A stretch of DNA of 64,000 bases from Gammaproteobacteria bacterium (GCA_022820625.1 JAJEFE010000011.1:846-64845), one strand, 5' to 3'. Positions 29,282 to 38,648 are shown, numbered from the stretch's first letter. Program-made: numbers and translations. Notes: generated by a model not told the origin, from the letters alone.

Positions 29282-30652
29282 ATGTCGTTGAACAGAATTT
29301 TCGCAGCCTTTCCCCTGTTCATACTCGCCGCATCATGCCAGCCACCGGCGGCATTAGATGGAGATGCGGCCGGTAACGGGAACGATACGAGCCACCAGCT
29401 TTCGACTGTTGACGATGGTTCGACTGGCGACGTGGTTCCTGTGGAGGTCGTCATGCTGGATGGCCGCTACACGCTCCTGCGCGGCGGGGAACCGTACCCG
29501 ATCAAGGGCGCGGGCATCGAATTTGCCGACGTCGGCAATTTCGCTGCCCACGGTGGCAATTCGCTCCGCACATGGCGAACCGATAGCCACTACTCCAATG
29601 GCCAGGAAGTGCTTGACGATGCGGCCAGGTACGGTGTCACCGTCGTCATGTGCATCGAGATCGGACGAGAGCGGTTGGGGTTTGACTACGACGACGAGGC
29701 GGCTGTGGCGGAGCAGCTCGAGTACGCCCGCAGCCAAGTGATGAAGTACAAGGATCATCCGGCCCTGCTGGCCTGGATGGTAGGCAACGAGGCCAACCTG
29801 TTTTTCGAGAATCCCCGCGTATTCAATGCGATCAACGACATCGCCAGGATGATTCACGAAGTGGATGGCCGGCATCCGGTGACCACGGCCCTGGCCGGGT
29901 TCAGCCCGGAACTGGCCGGCCTGATCGAGACACGCGCTCCGGAACTCGACTTTGTCAGCATCCAGATGTACGGCGACATCGTTCACCTGCCGGCCATTCT
30001 TGAGGCGAGTGACTGGGAGGCGCCATTGTTCGTCACCGAATGGGGTGCGATCGGTCACTGGGAAGTGGCGCAGACGAGCTGGGGTGCGCCGATCGAACAG
30101 AACAGCAGCGAGAAGGCGGCCAACTATCTGCAAAGCTACGAGATCGCCATCGGGTCGAATCCGCGGCAGATCATGGGCTCCTACGTATTCCTCTGGGGCC
30201 AGAAACAGGAACGAACACCGACCTGGTACGGCTTGTTCCTTGAGGACGGCGCCGAGACCGAAGCGATCGACGTGATGCACTACATCTGGAACGGGGAATG
30301 GCCCGACAACCGCTCGCCGAGCGTGGACGGCCTGTTCCTGGATGAAAGGAGCGCCCACGACAGCGTGGTACTTGCCTCCGGTGCAAACTACGAAGCATGG
30401 ATTCATGCCGACGATCCCGACGGCGACGCCCTGACTTACCTCTGGGAGATCATGAGGGAGAGTGAGGCCACCCAGGAAGGCGGCGATCTTGAGGAAGTGC
30501 CGGAACAGATCGATGGGCTCGTCGACGATCCCGGACGTGACCGTATCCGCGTCACTGCGCCGGCCGAATCGGGCGCCTACCGCCTGTTCGCCTACGTCTA
30601 CGATGGCCAGGGTAACGCCGGCCATGCGAACATTCCCTTCTACGTGGAATGA
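29282..30652 (+). CDS. Lipoprotein glycoside hydrolase, clan GH-A TIM barrel (GH2/GH5-like) with C-terminal beta-sandwich
   Basis: Lipobox LAASC with AAGGAGG SD. HPALLAWMVGNEAN (acid/base NE) and FVTEWG (nucleophile candidate). CAZy family not resolvable by eye. Confidence 0.6.
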   Translation: MSLNRIFAAFPLFILAASCQPPAALDGDAAGNGNDTSHQLSTVDDGSTGDVVPVEVVMLDGRYTLLRGGEPYPIKGAGIEFADVGNFAAHGGNSLRTWRTDSHYSNGQEVLDDAARYGVTVVMCIEIGRERLGFDYDDEAAVAEQLEYARSQVMKYKDHPALLAWMVGNEANLFFENPRVFNAINDIARMIHEVDGRHPVTTALAGFSPELAGLIETRAPELDFVSIQMYGDIVHLPAILEASDWEAPLFVTEWGAIGHWEVAQTSWGAPIEQNSSEKAANYLQSYEIAIGSNPRQIMGSYVFLWGQKQERTPTWYGLFLEDGAETEAIDVMHYIWNGEWPDNRSPSVDGLFLDERSAHDSVVLASGANYEAWIHADDPDGDALTYLWEIMRESEATQEGGDLEEVPEQIDGLVDDPGRDRIRVTAPAESGAYRLFAYVYDGQGNAGHANIPFYVE

Positions 30653-31383
30653 CGGGGCGAATGACGGCGCCAGGCGACATCGACGGCATCGTTGAGACTT
30701 TTGCACGCGACGGCTTCGTTGTCGTGGAGAACTTCTTCGACTCCAGGCTCATGGATGACCTCGATGGGCTGATCCGGGGCTATTTCGGCGACAAACCGGA
30801 CTTCCGGCACAATGAAGAATTTCTCGAAGCGGCGCAGACCGAAGTCGTGCCGTGGTTTCCGCAGAACGACGGCGTCAGCGCGTTCGACGTCATCGACGAG
30901 GATCCCCGGCTGCGCGAACTGACCCGGGCGATTCTCGGCGATGGCTGGGCCAGCCACTACTGCATGGTCATGTTTTCCAGGAAGAGGACCACGGGGCAGG
31001 CCTGGCACCAGGATTGCCCGCCGGAAGATTCAAGCCTGTTCAATCTCAATCGGCTGGTCTATACCCGCGACATTACTGACGAGGTCGGCGGCCAGACGGT
31101 CGTTGTCCGGGGATCCTGCCGACGGGGTCTGCTGCCGGCCGGTGATCCTGTCGGAGAGTTTGACGATCAGGTCGTTCTGAAGCCGGGAAAGGGTACGCTG
31201 GTGTTGATTCATGGGCATTCGTGGCACCGCGTGCTGCCAATCACGGGCGCCTGCCGATTCTCCGTCAACTACCGTGCCGGGCCTGCGGGATCGACCGAAG
31301 ACCTGACGGACGTCTGCGTTTACCGCAATATGCGTTACCGGTTCTCCACGTCACGGATTATTGAAGAGCGGATCGCCGAATAA
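30649..31383 (+). CDS. PhyH-family Fe(II)/2-oxoglutarate dioxygenase
   Basis: WHQD (HxD) and HSWHRV (His). The ATG overlaps the upstream GH stop as ATGA (30649-30652). Confidence 0.7.
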   Translation: MTGRMTAPGDIDGIVETFARDGFVVVENFFDSRLMDDLDGLIRGYFGDKPDFRHNEEFLEAAQTEVVPWFPQNDGVSAFDVIDEDPRLRELTRAILGDGWASHYCMVMFSRKRTTGQAWHQDCPPEDSSLFNLNRLVYTRDITDEVGGQTVVVRGSCRRGLLPAGDPVGEFDDQVVLKPGKGTLVLIHGHSWHRVLPITGACRFSVNYRAGPAGSTEDLTDVCVYRNMRYRFSTSRIIEERIAE

Positions 31384-31451
31384 CGAAAAATGACGCGCAC
31401 CCGCGGGCCGTGCGGGCGTCAGCACGTACCGTCCGGATCAGGCTGGCGACG

Positions 31452-32414
31452 TCATGGCCGGAACTTCGCCCTGATCCGGTCCATGTCCTCCTGAAAGGCG
31501 AGACTCGCCGCGTGGGTGACCACCGGTGACTCCTTTCGTCCCCGCAGAATGTCTTTGCTTACGGCGGCAATCTGAAATTCGAAGCCCGATCCGGCGCGAT
31601 CGTCCGCAAAGGTGTCGACCACGTCATGCAGTACGAACAGGCTGCACTCGCGGGCACGCCAGAAGTCCGGAATCGCGATGTAACCCTCGGTACCGACGAT
31701 GTAGGCGGTATTCTGCAGCTTGCACCGGAACGATGTTGCCAGCGTGGCCACACAGTCTTCGTAGTTGAAGAGCATGACCACGTCGTCATCGACGCCGTTG
31801 GGCGCGAAGCGCGAAACCACCTCGATCGTCGACGGCGCCCGCGACGTGAACAGGCGGGCAAGCGCTACCGGGTAAATACCCATGTCGAAAAGGCACCCGC
31901 CGGCCAGTTCGGCGTTGTACACGCGTTTCTTGGGGTCGTAGGCAATCGGATAGCCGAAGTCCGCCTTGACATGCCGAAGTTCTCCGATTCGGCCTGAATC
32001 AACCCATTCTTTCGCCTTGACGACTGCGGGGAGGAACCAGGTCCACATCCCTTCCATCAGGTAGCGATTCGTCCTGGCGGCCGCCGCCCGCATGGTTTTG
32101 AAGTCCCCGGCGCTGGTGGTGACGGGTTTCTCGCAGAGCACGGCCTTGCCCGCATCGAAGGCCGCCAGGGTATGCGGGAGGTGCAGCGTATGCGGTGTGG
32201 CGACGTAGACGGCGTCGATGTCGGGGTCCGCAAACAGGGCTTCGTAACCCTCGCAGGCCCTGGGAATGCCGTGGGCCGCGGCAAATTGCGCCGCGGCATC
32301 GCCGCTGCGGGCCGCCACGGCGCCGACTCGCGCGTTTTCGGCATAGGCGATGTCCCGCGCGAACGTGCCGGCGATATTGCCGGCGCTCACGATGCCCCAG
32401 CGCACGTCAGCCAT
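31452..32414 (-). CDS. Gfo/Idh/MocA-family NAD(P)-dependent sugar dehydrogenase
   Basis: WGIVSAGNIA Rossmann motif, LCEKPV motif. Overlaps the upstream MFS gene by 8 nt. Confidence 0.85.
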   Translation of the reverse strand: MADVRWGIVSAGNIAGTFARDIAYAENARVGAVAARSGDAAAQFAAAHGIPRACEGYEALFADPDIDAVYVATPHTLHLPHTLAAFDAGKAVLCEKPVTTSAGDFKTMRAAAARTNRYLMEGMWTWFLPAVVKAKEWVDSGRIGELRHVKADFGYPIAYDPKKRVYNAELAGGCLFDMGIYPVALARLFTSRAPSTIEVVSRFAPNGVDDDVVMLFNYEDCVATLATSFRCKLQNTAYIVGTEGYIAIPDFWRARECSLFVLHDVVDTFADDRAGSGFEFQIAAVSKDILRGRKESPVVTHAASLAFQEDMDRIRAKFRP

Positions 32415-34008
32415 GGCCTGAAGCCCGAGTCCGCAAAACGTTGGGCCTGCGCATGGCGGTCAGCTCGCCCTCCAGTTCTTCCAGCGTGCGGCCCCTGGTT
32501 TCCGGGAGCAGCCAGATCACGAGCACCAGGAAGATGCCGGCCGCAATCGCATACAACAGGAACGTGGTGGCCGTGCCGAGGTTCGAGAGTTCCCAGGGAA
32601 AAATGAACTGCACGAGGAAACTCACGCCGCTGTTTATGACGCCCATGATGGACATGCACACGCCGCGAATGGCGTTCGGAAAGATCTCCGAGAACAGCAC
32701 CCACATCACCGGGCCCAGGGACACGGCGAACGAAGCGACAAACCCCAGTATGCCGACCAGCACGATTCGCGGATTCATCTGGATGGCCGCCCCGATGAGT
32801 TCCGCTTCATGCGCTGTCAGGGCCGCGTCTCCGATGGCGGCGGCCACGGCGCCCTTGAATTCGAGATCGTTTTCGAACCGGATTCCGGCAACCTGGCCCA
32901 GCTCATCCAGGTCAAGCTGTACGCCAAGCTCCGCAGCGGCCTCGAGGGGCAGTTCGTACCGCGCCTGGTGGAACCCGTAGGCCGATATGGACATGCTGAT
33001 GGCGACGCCTGCCAGTCCCAGTATCATCAGCGGCCGGCGGCCGAAGCGATCGATGGTCAGCATCGCGATAACCGTGAAGATAACGTTGATGATGCCGATC
33101 CAGGTTGCCTGTGCAAACGCGGCGTTGGTGCCCACGCCGCTCTGTTCGAAGATCGTCGGCGCGTAGAAGTAGACCGAGTTGATGCCGCTGATCTGCTGGG
33201 AGATGCCCACGACGACTCCGATGACGAGGATCAGGCGCAACTCCGGCCTGAATACCTGCCGGACCCGCGTTGTCAGCCGTTCCGGAGTCTCGGTAACGGT
33301 TGCCTCGATTTCCGACAATTTCGTGTCGACTCTTCGCCGGGGGGTGATCCTTGCAAGGATTGAGCGAGCCCGCGATTTGCGGCCGCGCAGCAGCAGCCAG
33401 CGCGGACTCTCCGGTACGAACAGCATGCACACGAAGTACGCGACGGCGGGCAGCGCCTCGATACCCAGCATCCATCGCCACGCAAACCGATCCAGTCCGA
33501 TGGCCTGTACCCAGGGCTCCGCGGACTGACTCGCCTGGAGCAGGTAGTAGTTGGCGAAATAGGCGGCGGAGAATCCGATGACGATGTTGAGCTGGTTTAC
33601 CGAGACCATGCGGCCCCGCAGCCGCGCGGGCGAAAGTTCCGCGATGTAGATGGGGGCGAGCATCAGGGTGCCGAACGCCAGGCCGCCAATGAATCGCGCC
33701 GCGATGAGCGTTGCAACATCCGGCGCGAATGCGGAGGCGGTGGCCGACAGGGCATACAGGAACGCCAGCGCCAGCATGACCTTCTTGCGGCCGAGTTGAT
33801 CCGCGGTCGGGCCGACGGTCAGGGCGGCCAGGATGGCGGCCAGGGTAGGGGCGCCGACCACCAGCCCGACCTGCCAGTCGTCGAGGCCGAATTCGGGCGT
33901 GACGAATCCGACGACGCCGGAGATGACGGCAGCGTCGAAACCGAACAGGAAGCCGCCCAGCGCGATGACCGCAGCATAGGTCAGCGCCTTGCGATCGGTT
34001 GCCCGCAA
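32407..34008 (-). CDS. MFS sugar porter, paralogue of 27704-29266, with insertion at the same site
   Basis: Same signatures (GFDAAVISG, PESPRWL, PETRG). Start assigned to TTG 34008, 9 nt after AAGGAGG, which gives an N-terminus collinear with the paralogue. The track ORF starts at 34047. Confidence 0.8.
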   Translation of the reverse strand: MRATDRKALTYAAVIALGGFLFGFDAAVISGVVGFVTPEFGLDDWQVGLVVGAPTLAAILAALTVGPTADQLGRKKVMLALAFLYALSATASAFAPDVATLIAARFIGGLAFGTLMLAPIYIAELSPARLRGRMVSVNQLNIVIGFSAAYFANYYLLQASQSAEPWVQAIGLDRFAWRWMLGIEALPAVAYFVCMLFVPESPRWLLLRGRKSRARSILARITPRRRVDTKLSEIEATVTETPERLTTRVRQVFRPELRLILVIGVVVGISQQISGINSVYFYAPTIFEQSGVGTNAAFAQATWIGIINVIFTVIAMLTIDRFGRRPLMILGLAGVAISMSISAYGFHQARYELPLEAAAELGVQLDLDELGQVAGIRFENDLEFKGAVAAAIGDAALTAHEAELIGAAIQMNPRIVLVGILGFVASFAVSLGPVMWVLFSEIFPNAIRGVCMSIMGVINSGVSFLVQFIFPWELSNLGTATTFLLYAIAAGIFLVLVIWLLPETRGRTLEELEGELTAMRRPNVLRTRASGHG

Positions 34009-34064
34009 CTCGCAGTGCCTCCTTACGTGGGGTCCGGAACGCCGCAACAGGAATGGTGGCGCCG

Positions 34065-35267
34065 TTACCGGCCGCGCCAGGACTCGATCGCAACCGTAAA
34101 GCGGGCCGCGATCTCGTCATTGACTTCAAGCCGAGTGTCGCCCCAGAAGCCGGACTCGTAGGGCGGTCCCCACATGGCCTGGGAATCCCAGTTCGCGTTG
34201 ATGTAGGCGAGCGCGCGAATCACGTCGTCGTTGTCGTTCATGAGCGCGAACAGGGGCGCGAACCAGTAATCCCAGATCTCTTCATCGCTCATGTCGAGGC
34301 GATTTCCGGCGGGCTCGCCGTCCCATATCGGCGAATGATCGGCAATGAAGCCGTCCAGCAAATCCATGGCTTGCGGGGCGGCCTCGGCGATCATCACCGG
34401 CTTTCCCCGCTCGCGGGCGAATTCAAGGATTTCATCCGCCAATTCTCCGGGCGTCGGCGGCACGTAGGGCGGCGACTCGATCCGGATCGTCTCGTCCGGA
34501 TTCATGAACCAGGACAGGCCCATCCAGTCAACGTAATCGTCACCGGGATACCACAGGCTGATGTCTTCGTGACGCTGATCGATGATTTCGTCGGCAACGG
34601 CCGCGGCGCCCTGCCAGACGTACTCCACGTTGTCGACGCCCTGCTCGCGCAGCACGTCCACGATGCGGCGAAACACGTTTGCGAACCGCCCGGCATCCTC
34701 GTAGCCATGGTTCCAGGCGCCGTCGAATTCGTAGCCTACGCGCAGGTAGACGGGACCCGGAATCATCGAGAAGAAATGGCCGAGCTGACGAATGTGGTCG
34801 TCCAGTTCGCCGGACACGAGCCGGTCGAGACCGCCCGGGTGCTCGTTCTCGGTAATCGACAAGCCGATGGCGAGTCCGTCGATGCCGAATTCGGTCGCGG
34901 TCTTCCAGGCGCTGACGGGACCCGCGTCCCAGTCGAATTCCAGGTCAATGGGGTCACCTTCCGCGTCGAGGCCCAGGCCGCCGAAATCGTCGGGCGTAAA
35001 CATGTCGTAGAAGTCGATATAGGCGGTGAGCCCGTCCGGTCGGGGGCAGCAGTCGCTCGCCATGTAGCCGCGTATCGCGCCGAGATCCTGGCCGATGATC
35101 AGCAGTTTCGGACGACCCTCGGCGATCGCCGTCGGCTCACCTGAATCTGCGGCAACACCGTCGTCGCCAGCCCCGCTCCAGCCACAAGCCACGAGGGACA
35201 TGCACAGCACCGTACACAATGCTGCCATCGGCATTTTGTGCGGTAGTTTGGCCGCATATTTGCGCAT
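34065..35267 (-). CDS. Lipoprotein glycoside hydrolase, GH26-like (clan GH-A)
   Basis: Lipobox LVAC. LRVGYEFDGAW (cf. GH26 acid/base LRxxHExNGxW). WYPGDDYVDWMGLS (GH26 YPGDxYVD motif). IAEAAP nucleophile candidate. ATG 35267 with SD. Confidence 0.55.
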   Translation of the reverse strand: MRKYAAKLPHKMPMAALCTVLCMSLVACGWSGAGDDGVAADSGEPTAIAEGRPKLLIIGQDLGAIRGYMASDCCPRPDGLTAYIDFYDMFTPDDFGGLGLDAEGDPIDLEFDWDAGPVSAWKTATEFGIDGLAIGLSITENEHPGGLDRLVSGELDDHIRQLGHFFSMIPGPVYLRVGYEFDGAWNHGYEDAGRFANVFRRIVDVLREQGVDNVEYVWQGAAAVADEIIDQRHEDISLWYPGDDYVDWMGLSWFMNPDETIRIESPPYVPPTPGELADEILEFARERGKPVMIAEAAPQAMDLLDGFIADHSPIWDGEPAGNRLDMSDEEIWDYWFAPLFALMNDNDDVIRALAYINANWDSQAMWGPPYESGFWGDTRLEVNDEIAARFTVAIESWRGR

Positions 35268-35350
35268 TTCGTTCACCCTTTCCAAATCTCGATCTATGTT
35301 ATTGACTTATTTTGGTTTTTTGTTGTCCGTGCCTGTCTTTCGCGGATCAA

Positions 35351-35364
35351 TGTAAGCGTTTACA
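35351..35364. promoter_or_regulatory. LacI-family operator-like site 4 (TGTAAGCGTTTACA)
   Basis: In the divergent spacer between the GH26-like operon and the GH43 operon. Overlaps a TACAAT -10-like hexamer (35361-35366). Confidence 0.6.
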
Positions 35365-35436
35365 ATCACGCAATCAAGCGCGCCCATCGAAACGGCACCC
35401 GAGCACGTGTGCGCGTCACCAGCAACGAGGAAATTC

Positions 35437-37068
35437 GTGGCCGCCACAGCAATCCGCAACCCCATTCTGCCGGGCTTCAACCCCGACCCGTCGATCTGCC
35501 GGGTGGGCGATGACTATTACATCGCGACCTCGACGTTCGAGTGGTATCCGGGCGTGCGAATCCATCATTCGCGCGATCTGCGCAACTGGCGGTTGGCGAA
35601 TTGTCCGCTCGATCGCCCGGAACTGCTGAACATGCTGGGCAATCCCGATTCATGCGGAGTCTGGGCGCCTTGCCTGAGTTTCTGCGACGGGCTGTTCTAC
35701 CTCCTGTACACCGACGTCAAGCGCTACGACGGCAATTTCAAGGACACGCACAACTACCTGACCACATGCGAATCCATCGATGGCGTGTGGTCCGATCCCG
35801 TTCACCTGAATTCGAGCGGATTCGATCCGTCGCTGTTCCACGACGATGACGGTCGCAAGTGGTGCCTCAACATGGTCTGGGACCATCGCCCCGGCCACAA
35901 CCGTTTTGCGGGGATCGCGCTGCAGGAATACTCGCCCGCACGGCAACGGTTGATCGGCGAACCCAGGATCATCTTTGCCGGCACCGGACTCGGCTGCACC
36001 GAGGGGCCGCATCTCTACAAGCGAGGCGGCTACTACTATCTGATTACGGCCGAGGGCGGCACGGGCTACGACCATGCGGTGACAATGGCGCGTTCGGTGT
36101 CGATCGGAGGGCCGTATGAACCCGATCCGGCGGGTCCGGTGATCACCAGCCGGCATGATCCCGCCTGGCCGCTGCAGCGGGCCGGCCACGCAGACCTGGT
36201 CGAGACTCGGGACGGCGGATTGTTCATGGTCCATCTCGCCAGCCGGGCGCTGCCGGGCACGCGCCTGAGTCCGCGGGGGCGCGAGACGGCCATCCAGAAA
36301 CTGGACTACACGGCCGACGGCTGGTTTCGACTGGCGGACGGATATATCCTGCCCCGGCTTGAAACCGAAACGCCGGCGCTGCCGCGGGCGATAGCTTCGT
36401 CCGCACCTCCGCATGGGAAACGGTCGCTCGCACTGGAACATGACGATTTTGACGACGAGCGGCTTGATCCCGAATACCAGTGGTTACGCACACCGTGGCC
36501 CGAGGAGTTCATGAGCTTGGAGGAGCGTCCCGGATGGCTGCGGCTCCATGGCATGGAATCGCCCGGCAGCCTGTATCGGCAGGCGCTTATCGCGAGGCGG
36601 TTGACCTCGCTTCGGTGCCGCGTGACCACTTGCGTGGAGTTTCAGCCCGACAACTTTCAGCAACTCGCCGGACTGATCGTCTACTACAACTCGAGCAAGT
36701 TCCACTACCTGTACCTGTCCACGCAAGACGGTATCGAACGGCATCTCGGCATCATGAGCTGCGAAGCCGAGCAGAGTCTCGATGTCGTCTATCCGCTCGG
36801 TGACCGGCCGGTGGCGCTTCCGGAAACCGGCCGCGTCTACCTGCGCGCCGATATTGACGGGCCGAATCTCGCGTTCTCCTGGTCGATGGATGGTACCGAC
36901 TGGTACGCGCTGGATCGCATCCTGGACATGCAATTTCTCTCCGACGAATACGGAGGCGACAGCCGAATCCAGTTTACGGGTACGTTCGTCGGACTGTGTT
37001 GCAACGACCTCTCCGGGGCGCGCCGGCATGCCGATTTCGACTATTTCGAGCTCAAGGGCGAACCGTGA
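35437..37068 (+). CDS. GH43 beta-xylosidase / alpha-L-arabinofuranosidase (XynB-like, with C-terminal beta-sandwich)
   Basis: NPILPGFNPDPSICRVGDDYYIATSTFEWYPGV hallmark N-terminus. GTG 35437 preferred (GAGGA 5 nt upstream) over GTG 35407. Confidence 0.9.
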   Translation: MAATAIRNPILPGFNPDPSICRVGDDYYIATSTFEWYPGVRIHHSRDLRNWRLANCPLDRPELLNMLGNPDSCGVWAPCLSFCDGLFYLLYTDVKRYDGNFKDTHNYLTTCESIDGVWSDPVHLNSSGFDPSLFHDDDGRKWCLNMVWDHRPGHNRFAGIALQEYSPARQRLIGEPRIIFAGTGLGCTEGPHLYKRGGYYYLITAEGGTGYDHAVTMARSVSIGGPYEPDPAGPVITSRHDPAWPLQRAGHADLVETRDGGLFMVHLASRALPGTRLSPRGRETAIQKLDYTADGWFRLADGYILPRLETETPALPRAIASSAPPHGKRSLALEHDDFDDERLDPEYQWLRTPWPEEFMSLEERPGWLRLHGMESPGSLYRQALIARRLTSLRCRVTTCVEFQPDNFQQLAGLIVYYNSSKFHYLYLSTQDGIERHLGIMSCEAEQSLDVVYPLGDRPVALPETGRVYLRADIDGPNLAFSWSMDGTDWYALDRILDMQFLSDEYGGDSRIQFTGTFVGLCCNDLSGARRHADFDYFELKGEP

Positions 37069-37130
37069 TGTGGGGCGCAGGCAACCAGCGCAGGCTTATC
37101 CGCGCCGCCGTGAGCCGGTGCGGCAGAGCG

Positions 37131-38102
37131 ATGTCCAGACCGTCCCTGCCCGCTTCGGGTTTTGCCGTCTGGCTACTGCTTGGGATCATCCTCTCCGGTT
37201 GTGGCGGCTCCGACTCGTCCGGCAATACCGAAAGCCCTTCGCCGCCTCCAGTCACGGTGACACCACCGCCGCCTCCGCCCCCGCCAGATCCGATCAACGT
37301 CAATATCGACAACCCGACATTGACCGTTGAGCTCAACGAACCGATCACTTCCGGGGGCACCATGACGCTGGTGTGGAGCGACGAATTCGACGGTGAGCGG
37401 CTGGATCCCCAGCGGTGGTTCTTCGAAACCGGCGACGGCGGTCAGTATTCGCTGGTCGGGTGGGGCAATGACGAACTGCAGTGGTACCTGACGGACAGCG
37501 CGCTCATCGAAAACGGACGCCTGGTCATCACTGCGCGGCGGGAATCGCAAAACGGCTACGATTACACGTCCGCACGGCTGCACACGCGCAGCCGTTTTGC
37601 GTTTCGCTACGGCCGCATCGAGGCGCGCATCCGGCTGCCGGGCGGGCAGGGCCTGTGGCCGGCGTTCTGGCTGCTGCCCCAGGAGGATACGTACGGCACC
37701 TGGGCCGCGTCAGGAGAAATCGACATCATGGAGGCGATCAACCTCGGCGTAACGGGCGGCAACACCGTATTCGGCACGCTCCACTACGGCGGCGAGTCGC
37801 CGGACAACGTGTTCAGCGGCAACGAATATGTCGTGCCGGGCAGTGCCACCGACGAGTTCCACCTGTACGCGCTGGAATGGGACCCGACCGAGATCCGCTG
37901 GTACGTGGACGACGTCCTGTATGCCATGCAGAACTTCTGGCATACCGCGTCCGCGGACTATCCGGCGCCGTTCGATCAGCCCTTCCACATACTGCTTAAC
38001 GTCGCCGTCGGTGGCCGCTTTCCGGGCGCGCCGAGCCCGGCAACGGTGTTCCCGGTCACGATGGAAGTCGATTACGTACGGGTTTATTCGGGCGCGAACT
38101 GA
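37131..38102 (+). CDS. Lipoprotein GH16 endo-beta-1,3(4)-glucanase (laminarinase-type)
   Basis: Lipobox LSGC, Pro-rich linker, GEIDIME (ExDxxE) catalytic motif, WPAFWLL. ATG 37131 (ATG 37068, overlapping the GH43 stop, is also possible). Confidence 0.85.
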   Translation: MSRPSLPASGFAVWLLLGIILSGCGGSDSSGNTESPSPPPVTVTPPPPPPPPDPINVNIDNPTLTVELNEPITSGGTMTLVWSDEFDGERLDPQRWFFETGDGGQYSLVGWGNDELQWYLTDSALIENGRLVITARRESQNGYDYTSARLHTRSRFAFRYGRIEARIRLPGGQGLWPAFWLLPQEDTYGTWAASGEIDIMEAINLGVTGGNTVFGTLHYGGESPDNVFSGNEYVVPGSATDEFHLYALEWDPTEIRWYVDDVLYAMQNFWHTASADYPAPFDQPFHILLNVAVGGRFPGAPSPATVFPVTMEVDYVRVYSGAN

Positions 38103-38189
38103 GGTCCGGACCGGCGCGAACCGGGCCTGGATGCAAGTGGCGGGAATCCCGCTTCGCACCGAAGCCGGCGAGGCGCCCGGCTGCCGGGG

Positions 38190-38624
38190 TCATTCTTCCA
38201 GGAATATGGTCTGAACCGGACCCATGCCCCTGATTTCAACGATCACTTCCTCGTCCTTCGCGCCATCGTAGTGAACCGCGCCAGCCGGGTGCATCATGTA
38301 GCTGCCGGGGCCCAGTGGCACGGTATTGTCACGGTCGCCGCTGGCGTCGGTGCCGGTATGCCAGACGCCGGAAATCACCGTGATGAAACGGTCCTGATCG
38401 TGGTAGTGAGGCGCGGAAAAGGCTCCCGGCGTGAACTTGTTGCGCATGATGTAGAGCCCTTCGGCCTGCGAGTCGCCGTGCAGGTAGACGAACTCGGAGC
38501 CTCCGGGCCGTACGGTCCACTCCAGTTCCTCCGGGTTGATGCGCACGAAACTCTCGCTGGAATCCTGCGCCACCAGGAGCGGCGTCAGCGCCAGAGCCGT
38601 TATGGCGGTCAACAATCTTGTCAT
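38190..38624 (-). CDS. Secreted cupin-domain protein
   Basis: Signal peptide. PHYHDQDRF...PAGAVH metal-site pattern. ATG 38624 with GGAGGAG SD. Starts 24 nt after the HHS-protein stop. Confidence 0.7.
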   Translation of the reverse strand: MTRLLTAITALALTPLLVAQDSSESFVRINPEELEWTVRPGGSEFVYLHGDSQAEGLYIMRNKFTPGAFSAPHYHDQDRFITVISGVWHTGTDASGDRDNTVPLGPGSYMMHPAGAVHYDGAKDEEVIVEIRGMGPVQTIFLEE

Positions 38625-38648
38625 CTTGGTTCTCCTCCAATCAGTCAA

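Noticed and set aside
37068-37130. Alternative upstream ATG for the GH16 gene, overlapping the GH43 stop (TGATG)
   Set aside because: It would add a 21-aa Arg-rich extension before an already complete lipoprotein signal peptide. ATG 37131 is preferred but not proven.
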